Origin: Mobula hypostoma
Taxonomy: Eukaryota
Reading direction: 5' to 3'
NCBI RefSeq assembly: GCF_963921235.1
Contig: NC_086097.1
Coordinates: forward strand, 10,354,001 to 10,418,000
Length of the DNA stretch: 64,000 nucleotides
Shown here piece after piece: positions 1 to 10,575 of the stretch (within the stretch, counting starts at the first letter, position 1; each line of letters opens with the position of its first letter). The notes beneath the pieces were generated by a model that was not told the DNA's origin, searched no databases, and saw nothing but the letters and a program-made list of their open reading frames with translations. The translations under genes were made by a program, and so were the position numbers.

Positions 1-236
1 TCAGGGGTAAGTTTTTTACGCAGAGAGTGGTGAGTGCGTGGAATGGGCTGCCGGCAACGGTGGTAGAGGCGGATACGATAGGGTCTTTTTAAGAGACTCC
101 TGGACAGGTATATGGAGCTCAGAAAAATAGAGGGCTATAGGCAACCCTAGGTAATTTCTCAGGTAAGGACATGTTCAGCACAGCTTTGTGGGCTGAAGGG
201 CCTGTATTGCGCTGTAGGTTTTCGATGTTTCTATGT
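1..236 (+). mobile_element. CR1 LINE 3' end (runs off window start)
   Basis: Encodes FFTQRVVSAWNGLP-type CR1 ORF2 C-terminus; ends in (tttctatg)-like tail. Confidence 0.85.
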
Positions 237-279
237 AGCTGTTCTATAAAATCGATTCAGCAAAACATTGTGGGCTGAA

Positions 280-835
280 AGGAAACTTTTGGCACATTGG
301 CCTTCATAAATTAAAGTAATGAATATACTGTAGGAGTTGGGATGTTATGCTGAAGTTGTATAAGACATTAGTGAGGCTTAAATTGGAGTATTGTGTGTGT
401 TGCTAAGACTTGAGGACCTTAGTTGTAGGGAAAGGTGTTATTGCAGAGAAAGAAGAAGGAGGGGAGATTTGATTAAGGAATAGAAACAATGACGGGTATA
501 GATAGGGGAAATGCCTACAGGCTTTTGCCACTGAAGTTGGGTGAAGCAAGAACTTGGTTTCATGGGTTAAGGCTGAAAGGTGAAATGTTAAGTGGGAACA
601 TGAAGGAGTCTTCATTTCGATAGTGGTGGGAGTGTAGAAGGAGATGCCAATGGAAAGGATGAATGCACATTCAATTTCATGATTTAAGAGCAATTTGGAT
701 GGGTACATGGATGGGAGGGGATGGGAGGGGTATGGAGGGCCATGGTCTGGGTGCAGGTCGATGGCAGTAGGCAGGTTAATAGTTCAGCATAGACTAGATT
801 GGCTGAAGGGCCGGTTTTTATGCTGTAGTGTTTTT
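280..835 (+). mobile_element. Degraded CR1 LINE 3' fragment
   Basis: LYKTLVRLKLEYCV motif at about 355-398 and CR1-type 3' UTR; many stops and indels. Confidence 0.75.
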
Positions 836-939
836 CAATGATTCAAAGTACATTTATCATCATTTAAAATAGCATTTGAGTGTGTATAAGTATATAAAGT
901 GATTTTTTGGAACAGCTGTTTGGTAAAAGAGCATAATCT

Positions 940-1480
940 GAATAAGAATCAGAATCAGGTTTAATTTCACCGACATACAGTATGTTGTGAAATTTGTTGT
1001 TTTGCGGCAGCAGTACAGTGCAATACTGAATAATAATAAAACTGTGAATTACAGTAAGAAATATATATGATGGTAGAAGGGAAGAAGCTGTTCCTGAATC
1101 ATTTTGTGCTATTTTGATTGGGGTGGATTAGCAGTGTGGTGCTGGATTGAACTGTACTGATCTCAACTGAATATTCCTGGCACTGTTTTGAAGACCTGTT
1201 ATTTCATGTTTCATATTCTGTGTTTCTCACTCATTTTTTGTGCCATTTGCATGATTTTTTCTTTGCGCATTGGAAGTTTTATGGAGTTTTTCTTGGCTCG
1301 TTGCTGTCTGTGGTAAGATGTATCTCGGGGGGGTGGTTGTATACTACATACACATTTTGATGATAAATGTACTTTGAATCATTGAATCTTTGAGTATGTG
1401 CATTCAGGCTCCAGTACCTCCTCCTTGATGGAAGCAATGAGAAGAGACATATCCTGGGTGATTGGTGATGGGATATTAAT
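940..1480. mobile_element. Nested Rex/Babar-type LINE 3' tails (minus-strand tail interrupted by plus-strand 3' UTR at about 1105-1390)
   Basis: 'gaatcagaatcaggtttaat' is the reverse complement of a LINE tail also seen at 8346; 'gataaatgtactttgaa' tail on +. Confidence 0.6.
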
Positions 1481-1761
1481 GGCTCTCTTATACCCATTAT
1501 AAAGATACAAAGAAAACATTTGCTTTGGAGGACACTGCCATTTTCCAATTTTTGCCTCTTCTGCATTTCGTTCTCTTTACATAGCTTTGATCTATTATCG
1601 TTGGCCATGGCATCTGCTCTCAAGACCCAATGTAATGGAAATAACAAGAATATGCAATTTGGAATTCAAGAAGCAAGAAGTGTACACAATACTTTTAATA
1701 CATTAAATAGGTAAGACTAGTCACAAGCACATAACATAGTTGGTTACACATCTTCCCGAGA

Positions 1762-2418
1762 AGGAAAGATGGCGGCGCGACGCAGCTCGCAGCGGCCACT
1801 CTGGTGGTGATGTCTGTTATTTGTCAAGTAGGGTGCTGTGCACAATCCTGATTTGATGGAAACGGACGTGAGAGCACGGAGGAACATCTGGTGAAACCTG
1901 AAATGTCTGCTTCACTGCTGCTGCTACTGTGTGGGCCAGAATCTCTGGAGGAGAAGGCCCCAAGTCCTCGGCTTTGCTTGTTGCTCGGCGGTCGGGACAG
2001 GGTTGAAGTGCTCGGTAAAGGATGGTGCTCGGAGAGGTTGTGTCGGAGGGGCTGGTCGGAGGCTCGAAGTTTTCGGACGGACTCAGAGTCCGCTGCGGTC
2101 GGGTGCTTCCAGTAGTGCTGCATCGGCGAGTTGGCAACACTTGGAGGTTCATGGTGGGGAGAGTTCCTCCCTTCTGCCACCTGCGCGGGACTTTGAGACT
2201 TTTTTTACTGTGCCCATGGTCTGTTCTTTATGAAATTATGGTATTGCTTTACAATCTTGTAACTATATGTTATAATTATGTGGTTTTGTCAGTTTTAGTC
2301 TTGGTTTGTCCTGTGTTTTCTTGTGATATCATTCTGGAGGAATGTTGTATCATTTTTTTTTAATGCATGCATTTCTAAATGACAATAAACGAGGACTGAG
2401 TGTCCTCATAATCTAAAT
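1762..2418 (+). mobile_element. Non-autonomous retroposon beginning AAGATGGCGG with Rex/L2-like 3' tail
   Basis: Closely related copy at 20084-20690; ends 'gacaataaacgaggactgagtgtcctcataatcta'; no credible ORF. Confidence 0.8.
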
Positions 2419-2505
2419 GCTGGAAGAACTCAGCAGGTCAGGCAGCATCTATGGAAATGAATAAGCAGTCAACGTTTTGGACTGAGACCCTTCATCAGGA
2501 CTGAA
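2415..2505 (-). mobile_element. Penelope-like element tail fragment with decayed hammerhead core
   Basis: Reverse complement resembles the PLE tail at 24115-24210. Confidence 0.8.
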
Positions 2506-2659
2506 AAATTTATTAGAAAATTGCAGAATTCATAAAATTGTTACCATGCTGTATTAATAAATAAATAAATGCATCATTGAGTTCTACTCTGCAATTTTAC
2601 AGCCAGTCCGAGTTAACAAGTAAAGAAGTACATAATCCACAAATTCCAAAAAAACTTTA

Positions 2660-3085
2660 TTGAAAAGCTTGTCATATGAGGTGCATTTGATGGCTCTGGG
2701 CTTCTACTCACTGGAATTCAGAAGAATGAGGGGTTCCTTCATCTGAATCCTATCCAATGTTGAAAGGCCTCGATACAGTGGATGTGTGTGGAGAGAATGT
2801 TTCCTATGTTGGCAGAGTCTAAGTTCAGAGGATGCAGCCTCAGAATAGAGGGACGTCCCTTTTAGAATGGAGATGAGAAGTTCTTTAGCCAGACAATGCT
2901 GAATCTGTGGAATTCATGCCAGTTTTGGAGGTCAGCTCATTGGGTTGATAGATTCCTGATTAATCAGGCATAAAGGGATATGGGGAGAAGGAAGGAGATT
3001 TGGACTGAGAGGGAATAGTGATGAAATAGTGAAACAAGACTCAATGGGCTAAATGGTCTAATTCTGCTCCTATAACAATGGTCTA
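2660..3085 (+). mobile_element. CR1 LINE 3' fragment
   Basis: YEVHLMALGFYSLEFRRMRG motif; CR1 3' UTR. Confidence 0.8.
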
Positions 3086-3770
3086 AATAAATAAATAAAT
3101 AAATCATATAGCTCTGCTCTGGAATTTCACAGCCAGTCCCAGTTAGCAAGAAGTACATGATTCACAAATTTAATAACATCAGAGCAAGGTGCTTTATTTC
3201 CAATATAATCTGTCTATTATATAGAAATGTAAGTTTGCATGAATTATAAGCAGTCAACTAACAATTATGCAGAGAAATGTATAATGTACAAAGTTTAGTG
3301 CAAAACCAAAACGGAAATAAAAAGAAGCATATTTTCATATTCTGGAAAGCTGGTATACACAGGAAAGAAAATCCAGTACTTTGTTCACTTCTGATAAAAT
3401 TTACGAGTAGATTATTCTCTTGGCATGTGGCAAAAGCATTCGGTTGTCAGCATATCCTTACTCCCATGGTATCCCTATGGTTTGTTCAACAATGAAATTA
3501 TAAGCACTGAAATGAAGCCCCTGCTACATTTTATGTTGAAGAGTTCAAGCTCCTTATCCTCATGACTATATAAAGCCCATCATGAAACCTCACTGTTCAC
3601 ATTTATTGGGTAAATTTATGACTCGGCAGTGCCAGTACTAATCTCACCAGGTAGAAACAGCACAAACCAGCAATTCAGGTTTCTAATTTCCTACATGAAA
3701 TATTTGGATGTAAGAGTCTCACAGCAACTTAACACATGAAATGACCCACACACAACGTTCGTAATTCTTA

Positions 3771-4342
3771 TACGCACAATGGCCAATTTATTAGGTACCT
3801 CCTGTATCTAATAAAGTGGCCACTGAGTGTATGTTTGTGGTCTTCTTATGCTGTGGCCCATCCACTTCAAGGTTTGACATGATGTGTATTCAGAGGTACT
3901 CATCTGCACATCACTCTTGTAACACGTGATTATTTGAGTTACCATCGCCTTCCTGTCAGCTTGAACCAGTCTGGCCATTTTCCTCTAACCTCTCTCATTA
4001 ACAAGGCAATTTTGCCCCCTGAACTGCCCCTCACTAATTTTTTTTTTTTGTTTTTTGCAGCATTTTCTGTTAACCTGGAAACTATTGTGCAAGAAAATCC
4101 CAGAAGGTCAGAGTTTCTGAGATACTCAAGCCTCCCTGTCTGGCACCAGCAGTCATTCCACAGTCAGTCACTGAGATCACATTTCTTCCCCTTTCTGATC
4201 TTTGGTCTGAACAACCACTGAACCCCCTGACCATGTCTGCATGCTTTTGAGTATTGAATTGTTGCCATTTGATTGGATAATTTGATATTTGCATTACTGA
4301 GTTGGTGTGAAGGTATACCTAATAAAGTGGCTACTGGGTGTA
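3771..4342. mobile_element. Non-autonomous Tc1/mariner-derived element with terminal inverted repeats
   Basis: Left 'tacgcacaatggccaatttattaggtac' is inverted to right 'cctaataaagtggctactgggtgta'; TA ends; an extra inverted TIR copy at about 3805-3831. Confidence 0.75.
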
Positions 4343-5289
4343 TTTCTCACCCTGCTAATATTAACACAACTCAGTGTTCTGACTTGGAAATTCAGTACCT
4401 GCACAAACAAAGACTATTTTCAGAGCTCCATTTGGACAGAAGTCACCAAGCCACACCATCAGGTTAGCAATATAAGCACAAATAATATTGAACTGGCTGA
4501 CCCACAGCATCTTTAGTTTTCAAACATGAATCACGAGCCAGGGCAGGTCACGGACTCTGGAAACATGAGAATACAGAAGGGCAGAACCAGGTCAATCAAC
4601 TCATCATGTCTGCCAGCTCACTGTCACAACAATCCAAAACAAAACCCATTGCCCTTTCAATAGCCTTGTCTCAAAATTTTTCCTAATATTTATCTAATTT
4701 TCTCCAACTTAATTCTTAATTTCCCGGTAATTTGCACTCTTAATTTCCCATCGTCAAGTATATGAAATAACCTTTGGAAACAAACACATCTCTGAATTTT
4801 AAACCTTCCTCTCAGTGAAGATTTTCAGCTAGGCATGAAATAGCCTTCCCTTATTTACTCTTTCAAAGCCTTTCATAACTTAAACAAGTAGGTTAATTTC
4901 CCCTTGGCCTTCTGTAATGTTGTAAAAATGCTCCCAGTGGTTCAAATCACTCCCTATAATTTATTGGGCCAGGTGTTCACCCAGAAATTGTATGCTCTCA
5001 AAAGCTTTAATATACTTTTTTGATAGAGCATGCAAGATTCTCTACGGGTAAGGTGGCTCCATGAAATGGTGACGTTTTGCATACAGCTCAGATGGGAGTC
5101 ATCAAATGATCCCGTTTAGGACTGCTACAGCTGAGATCCAGTCACAGCCATAGGTACTTTAGGAAATATTAGTCTGAAGATGTTTTAAAAAATCTATCAA
5201 TACTCAAAATCAATGAACCTTGGAGGGTGGACTCGGTTCACGAGAGCAGTTCCTCGATCAGAAAATAGAAGTGAGGACTCCACACCAGT

Positions 5290-7055
5290 CTATTGATGCA
5301 GAGGATTTAGTCTTTCACTCCTGACTATCTTGTTTATGAACATAGTCTCTGGAAAGTAAAATTGAAGACCTCAGAGCAGGATTGCTGTACCAGAGGGACA
5401 TCCGAGACTGCTGGGTACTACACACAAAATGCTGGAGGAACTCAGCAGGCCAGGCAGCAACTATCTTTTCCATAGATGCTGCCTGACCTGCTGAATTCCT
5501 CCAGCACTTTGTGAGTATCTGCAGATTTTGTCTTGCTTGTAATTCGAATGCTAGCTGCTCTGCTTTATGGAAACATGGCTTACACCAACAATTTCGGAAG
5601 CAGTGCTGCAGCCTGATGGTGTCATCATTCTCCACAAAGATAGGACAGCTCAGTCTTTTAAAGGCAATGGAGGTGGAGTATACTTTATGATTAACTCAGC
5701 GTGGTGCACAAATGTAGTGGTCCTGCTCATCTAACCTGGAACATCTAGTGGTCAAATGTCATCCATTTCATCTGCCAAGAGAGTTTTCCACCATCATCCT
5801 GGTAGCAATGTACATTCTGCCTCTGCCCAACATCAGGTAGGTACTGGAGGAGCGGGGCAATATAATCAACAGGCACAAACTGCGCACCTTGATGCGTTCT
5901 CTATCATTATGGGAAATTTCGACCAGGCTTGCTTGAAGAAGTCTCTGAACAACTACCATCAACATTTCACCTGTGGAACCTGTGAGGCCAACATACTTGA
6001 TCATTGTTATAGCACCATCAAGAACGTTTTCTGTGCCACCCCATACCCACACTTTGGAAAGTCCGAACACCTGGCTGTACTTCTACTCCTGGCATACAGT
6101 CAGAGATTAAAAACCGCAGTGCCAATAGTGAAGACCAAGAAGAAAGCGGTGGAACACTTACAGGATACCTTTGAAACATCGGACTGGACAATATTTAGGG
6201 ATTCACCTTCGAGTCTGAATGAATACACCTCAGTTGTCACTGGCTTCAAGGTCTGAGTGGGTGAATGTGTACCTTCGAGAACATATTGGACAAACCCAAA
6301 TCTAAAGCCATGGAAGAACAAGGAGATCTGAAGTCTGCTGAGAGCTACAGTGTAGATCTGTGGCATTAAAGACTAGCATTCTAGAAGCATACAAGAAGTC
6401 CAGGTACAACATACGGAAATATATTTTAAGGGAGAAGCACAATTTTCTGATTGAGGTTAGAGATGGAGTCAATTGCACTTCAGCTCTGGCAGGATTTGCA
6501 AACTATTAATTCCTACAAAGTGAAACCTAATATCAAGAATGGCTCTGATGCTTCACTCCCAGAAAAGCTCACTTTCTATGCATGGTTTGAAAGGGTGAAC
6601 GAAACTACACCTATGCAGATCTTTGCAGCATCAGGTGACCCTGTGATTTCTGTCTCGGAAGGAGATGTCAGAACATCTTTCAAGAGGGTGGACCCTCACA
6701 AGGTATCAAGCCATGCTGGTGTACCTGGGAGGGCTCTGAAAGCCTGGGCAAGCCAACTGGCAGGAGTGTTCAAGGACATCTTCAATCTCACTGATGTGGT
6801 CACAGGTTCCCACCTGGTATGAAAGGGCAACAATCATACCTGTGCCCAGAAAGAGCAGGGTGAGCTGCTTCAATGACTCTCACCCAGTGGCATTCACATT
6901 TACTGTGAATACGTGCATTCAGAAGTTGTTCGTGGCTAGAATCAACTCCTCCCTCAGAAAGAACTGCTGCAATTATCTATCACAATAGTCTACAGAAAGT
7001 ACAATGTCACTGGCTTTCCACTTGGCCTTGGATCACCAGGACAACAGTCATACCT
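5290..7055 (+). mobile_element. Degraded Rex/Babar LINE (APE endonuclease and RT N-terminus)
   Basis: ETWL, IMGNFDQ, LDHCYS and GKSEH endonuclease motifs; PVAFT RT-proximal motif; frameshifted; interrupted at about 5420-5555. Confidence 0.8.
5420..5516. repeat. Fold-back inverted repeat made of two Penelope-tail arms
   Basis: 45-nt arms 5420-5464 and 5472-5516, 5 mismatches by eye, 7-nt loop. Confidence 0.9.
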
Positions 7056-7059
7056 CTGT

Positions 7060-7440
7060 CAGCTGGTGTGGCACAGTAATCCAATGGCAGAAAACCACTG
7101 TGCTGCGTCAATGGGTTCTTGAACCACTTGGTGAAGGAGGCCATTGAAATAAAACTAGGGAAAAAGAATTTTAACAAAGATGTAGGTCTCGCTCTCGGTA
7201 AGAACTGGAATTCAATTGTAAACAAGGTGGGACATCGGAAACCTGATTGGATGATGACTAGCCATTCAGGAGGTACAGATGACAGGGGCATAAACACCAC
7301 TGGACTAGAAATACCAAGACATCAGTCATGACGAAGATGGCAGAGTTCAACATTGAAACGTCAATTATAATTGATACTTGTACCTGCCTGGAAGCCCAAG
7401 AATTGTTTATCCATCATGTAAGTCAGGCAAGTACTAGGTT
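7060..7440 (+). mobile_element. Penelope-like element (second family) 3' end: GIY-YIG C-terminus and tail
   Basis: ORF 7119-7331 HLVKEAIEIKLGKKNFNKDVGLALGKNW resembles the PLE endonuclease C-terminus; tail homologous to 12800-12910. Confidence 0.75.
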
Positions 7441-7740
7441 CTTTTTCAACTCCAATAATATTTCACTCCCTCCATACTATACTGGATCATTAGCTGAAAA
7501 GTTTAAAGCTTAAATCTCTTGAGTGAGACTTCAAATTGTAATTCATAATTAGTAATTCTCACTTTCAAGTCCATGTTTAATTATCATTCAACCATACACA
7601 AGTGTACAGCTAAATGAAACAGTGCTCCTCCAGGGCCAAGTTACAAAAAGCCATACATACAGACACATACACAGGACTTGGCTTATGTATTTATGACAAA
7701 GTTTGAGACACACATTTCAAGTATTTCCTCGAACAGGACC

Positions 7741-8065
7741 ACAACCATGTCGTGGTTTGGAGGCTCGTGTGTCTCAATGACCTGGAGATCTATGTTGCCT
7801 GGAGTCAGGTCTTTATGTTTTAACTCTTGGTAAGGTCACCCATACCAAACAGGTCAAAGAGTAGTGACAAGACTAAGAGTGGTCCGCCAGTCCTCGAGGT
7901 TCAGGAGTTCAGCTCAGGGTTAACAACCCAGACTGGCCAAACAAAACTGTTACAGAAACACCAATGAAGAATCCTTCTACATCTGATTGGCAAGGACAGA
8001 CAGATGGAGGGCTTTCATTACTGCCCGAAACACCAACAGGCGTAACAGGCAATAAGTAAGTGAGT
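7741..8065 (+). mobile_element. RTE-derived bipartite non-autonomous element
   Basis: RTE/BovB-like 5' UTR ('accatgtcgtggtttggaggc...cacccataccaaacaggtc') fused to RTE 3' end with (taag)n tail; copies at 34186 and 45815. Confidence 0.65.
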
Positions 8066-8720
8066 TTTTTGGACCTGGAGAAGCCACCGTGATCAAGTGC
8101 ACCACCATCTTATTGGAAATGCCAGATGGAGGAATGGAGAAGAGAAAATGATGAACAACATATTGGGAAATGCGGAATGCTCCACAGTAAAAATGTTGAT
8201 CAGTTTGGATGAAGAAAAAGATCCAGGATATCAATATTCCATGCCTTATTAAGCAGACAAAAATAATAGCATTTGGGATGGTATATGTGGGACTATAAAC
8301 TACAGATGTACATACAAAACATTTACTTGGTTACAATCTGTCTTCAGAATCAGAATCATGTTTAATACCACTAGAATATTTGTTGTAAAATTGTTGTTTT
8401 ATGGCTGCAGTACATTGCAACACATGAGTAACAATACATTCAGTCATTCAGACATGTTACCTTGGTCTTTTTTCAATATACATTTCCATATACGTATACA
8501 AAATAAATTATATAAGCAGTGCAAAAAGAGACGAAATAATACTGTTTATTGTCCATTCATAAATCTGAGGGGGAAGAAGCGGTTCCTGAAACATTGAGTG
8601 TGTGTCTTCAGCTCCTGTACCTCCTTTTTGATGGTAGCAATGAGAAGAAGGTATGTCCAGTGTGTTGGGGGCCCTCAATGATGGATGCCACCTTTTTCAG
8701 GCATCACCTTTGGAAGATGT

Positions 8721-10062
8721 GGCACCCCAGCGGCCTCAGTGATTACAGACTGGTGGTATTGACCTCCCACATCATGAAGACCCTGGAGAGACTTGTTCTG
8801 GAGCTGCTCCGGCTTATGGTCAGGATACACTTAGATCCCGTCCAGTTCGTCTACCAGCCCCGACTAGGAGTTGAGGATGCCATCTTCTACTGCTGAACCA
8901 TGTCTACGCCCACCTGGACAAGCCAGCGAGCACTGTGAGGGTCATGTTTTTTGACTTCTCCAGTGCGTTCAACACCATCCGCCCTGCTCTGCTGGGGGAG
9001 AAGCTGATAGCGATGCAGGTGGATGCTTTCCTGGTGTCATGGATTCTTGATTACCTGACTGGCAGACCACAGTACGTGTGCTTGCAACACTGTGTGTCGG
9101 ACAGAGTGATCAGCAGCACTGGGGCTCCACAGGGGACTGTCTTGTCTCCCTTTCTCTTCACCATTTACACCTCGGACTTCAATTACTGCACAGAGTCTTG
9201 TCATCTTCAGAAGTTTTCTGATGACTCTGCCATATTTGGATGCATCAGCAAGGGGGATGAGGCTGAGTACAGGGCTACGGTAGGAAACTTTGTCACATGG
9301 TGTGAGCAGAATTATCTGCAGCTTAATGTGAAAAAGACTAAGGAGCTGGTGGTAGACCTGAGGAGAGCTAAGGTACCGGTGACCCCTGTTTCCATCCAGG
9401 GGGTCAGGGTGGACATGGTGGAGGATTACAATTACCTGGGGATACGAATTGACAATAAACTGGACTGGTCAAAGAACACTGAGGCTGTCTACAAGAAGGG
9501 TCAGAGCCGTCTCTATTTCCTGAGGAGACTGAGGTCCTTTAACATCTGCCGGACGATGCTGAGGATGTTCTACGAGTCTGTGGTGGCCAGTGCTATCATG
9601 TTTGCTGTTGTGTGCTGGGGCAGCAGGCTGAGGGTAGCAGACACCAACAGAATCAACAAACTCATTCGTAAGGCCAGTGATGTAGTGGGGATCAAACTGG
9701 ACTCTCTGACGGTGGTGTCTGAAAAGAGGATGCTGTCCAAGCTGCATGCCATCTTGGACAATGTCTCCCATCCACAACATAATGTACTGGTTGGGCACAG
9801 GAGTACATTCAGCCAGAGACTCATTCCACCGAGATGCAACACAGAACGTCATAGGAAGTCATTCCTGCCTGTGGCCATCAAACTTTACAACTCCTCCCTT
9901 GGAGGGTCAGACACCCTGAGCCAATAGGCTGGTCCTGGACTTACTTCCCGGCATAATTTACATATTACTATTTAACTATTTATGGTTTTATTACTATTTA
10001 ATTATTTATGATGCAACTGTAACAAAAAACAATTTCCCCTGGGATCAATAAAATATGACTAT
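8721..10062 (+). mobile_element. Young 5'-truncated Rex/Babar LINE; RT ORF 8935-9927
   Basis: FFDFSSAFNTI, GAPQGTVLSPFLF and KFSDD motifs in a 330-aa open frame; imperfect TSD gaagatgt (8713-8720) / gaaggtgt (10063-10070). Confidence 0.92.
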
Positions 10063-10575
10063 GAAGGTGTCCTCAATGCTGGAGATGGAGCTGGCTGAGT
10101 TTGCAACTTTCTGCAGCATTTTTCGATCCTGTGCAATGTTGCCTCCATTCCAAAAGCTAATGCAACCAGTTAGAATGCTCTTCATGGTACATTTGTAGAA
10201 ACTCATGAGTGTCTTTGGTGATAGAACAATTCTTCTCAAACTCCTAATGAAATATAAATACCGTCTTGCCTTCTTTGCAATTGCATAACTATGTTGGACC
10301 TCAGAGATGTTGACACCCAGTAACGTAAAATTGCTCACCCTTTCCACTTCTGATCCCTCTATGAGGACCATTATGTGTTCTCTCGACTTCCCCTTCCTGA
10401 CATTTACATTTAATTGTGTGGGCTTACCGACATTAAGTAAAAGGTTATTACTGTGACACCACATATCCAACTGATCTATCTTGCACATGTATGCTTTCTC
10501 ATCATCATCTGAAATTTTACCAACAATAGCTGTGTCATCGGCAGATTTATAGATGATATTTGAGCTGTGCCTAGT

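Noticed and set aside
1817..2363. Multiple overlapping ORFs in GC-rich sequence
   Set aside because: Inside a repeated retroposon; frames are not preserved in the sister copy at 20084-20690.
4424..4462. 39-nt AG...GT micro-exon (SSIWTEVTKPHHQ)
   Set aside because: Short pyrimidine tract, weak donor (gttagc), no supporting evidence.
8935..9927. Long RT ORFs (also 11093, 28417, 29562, 22532) as host or domesticated genes
   Set aside because: All lie in 5'-truncated TE copies with tails or TSDs, have related copies in the window, and have adjacent stops or frameshifts.
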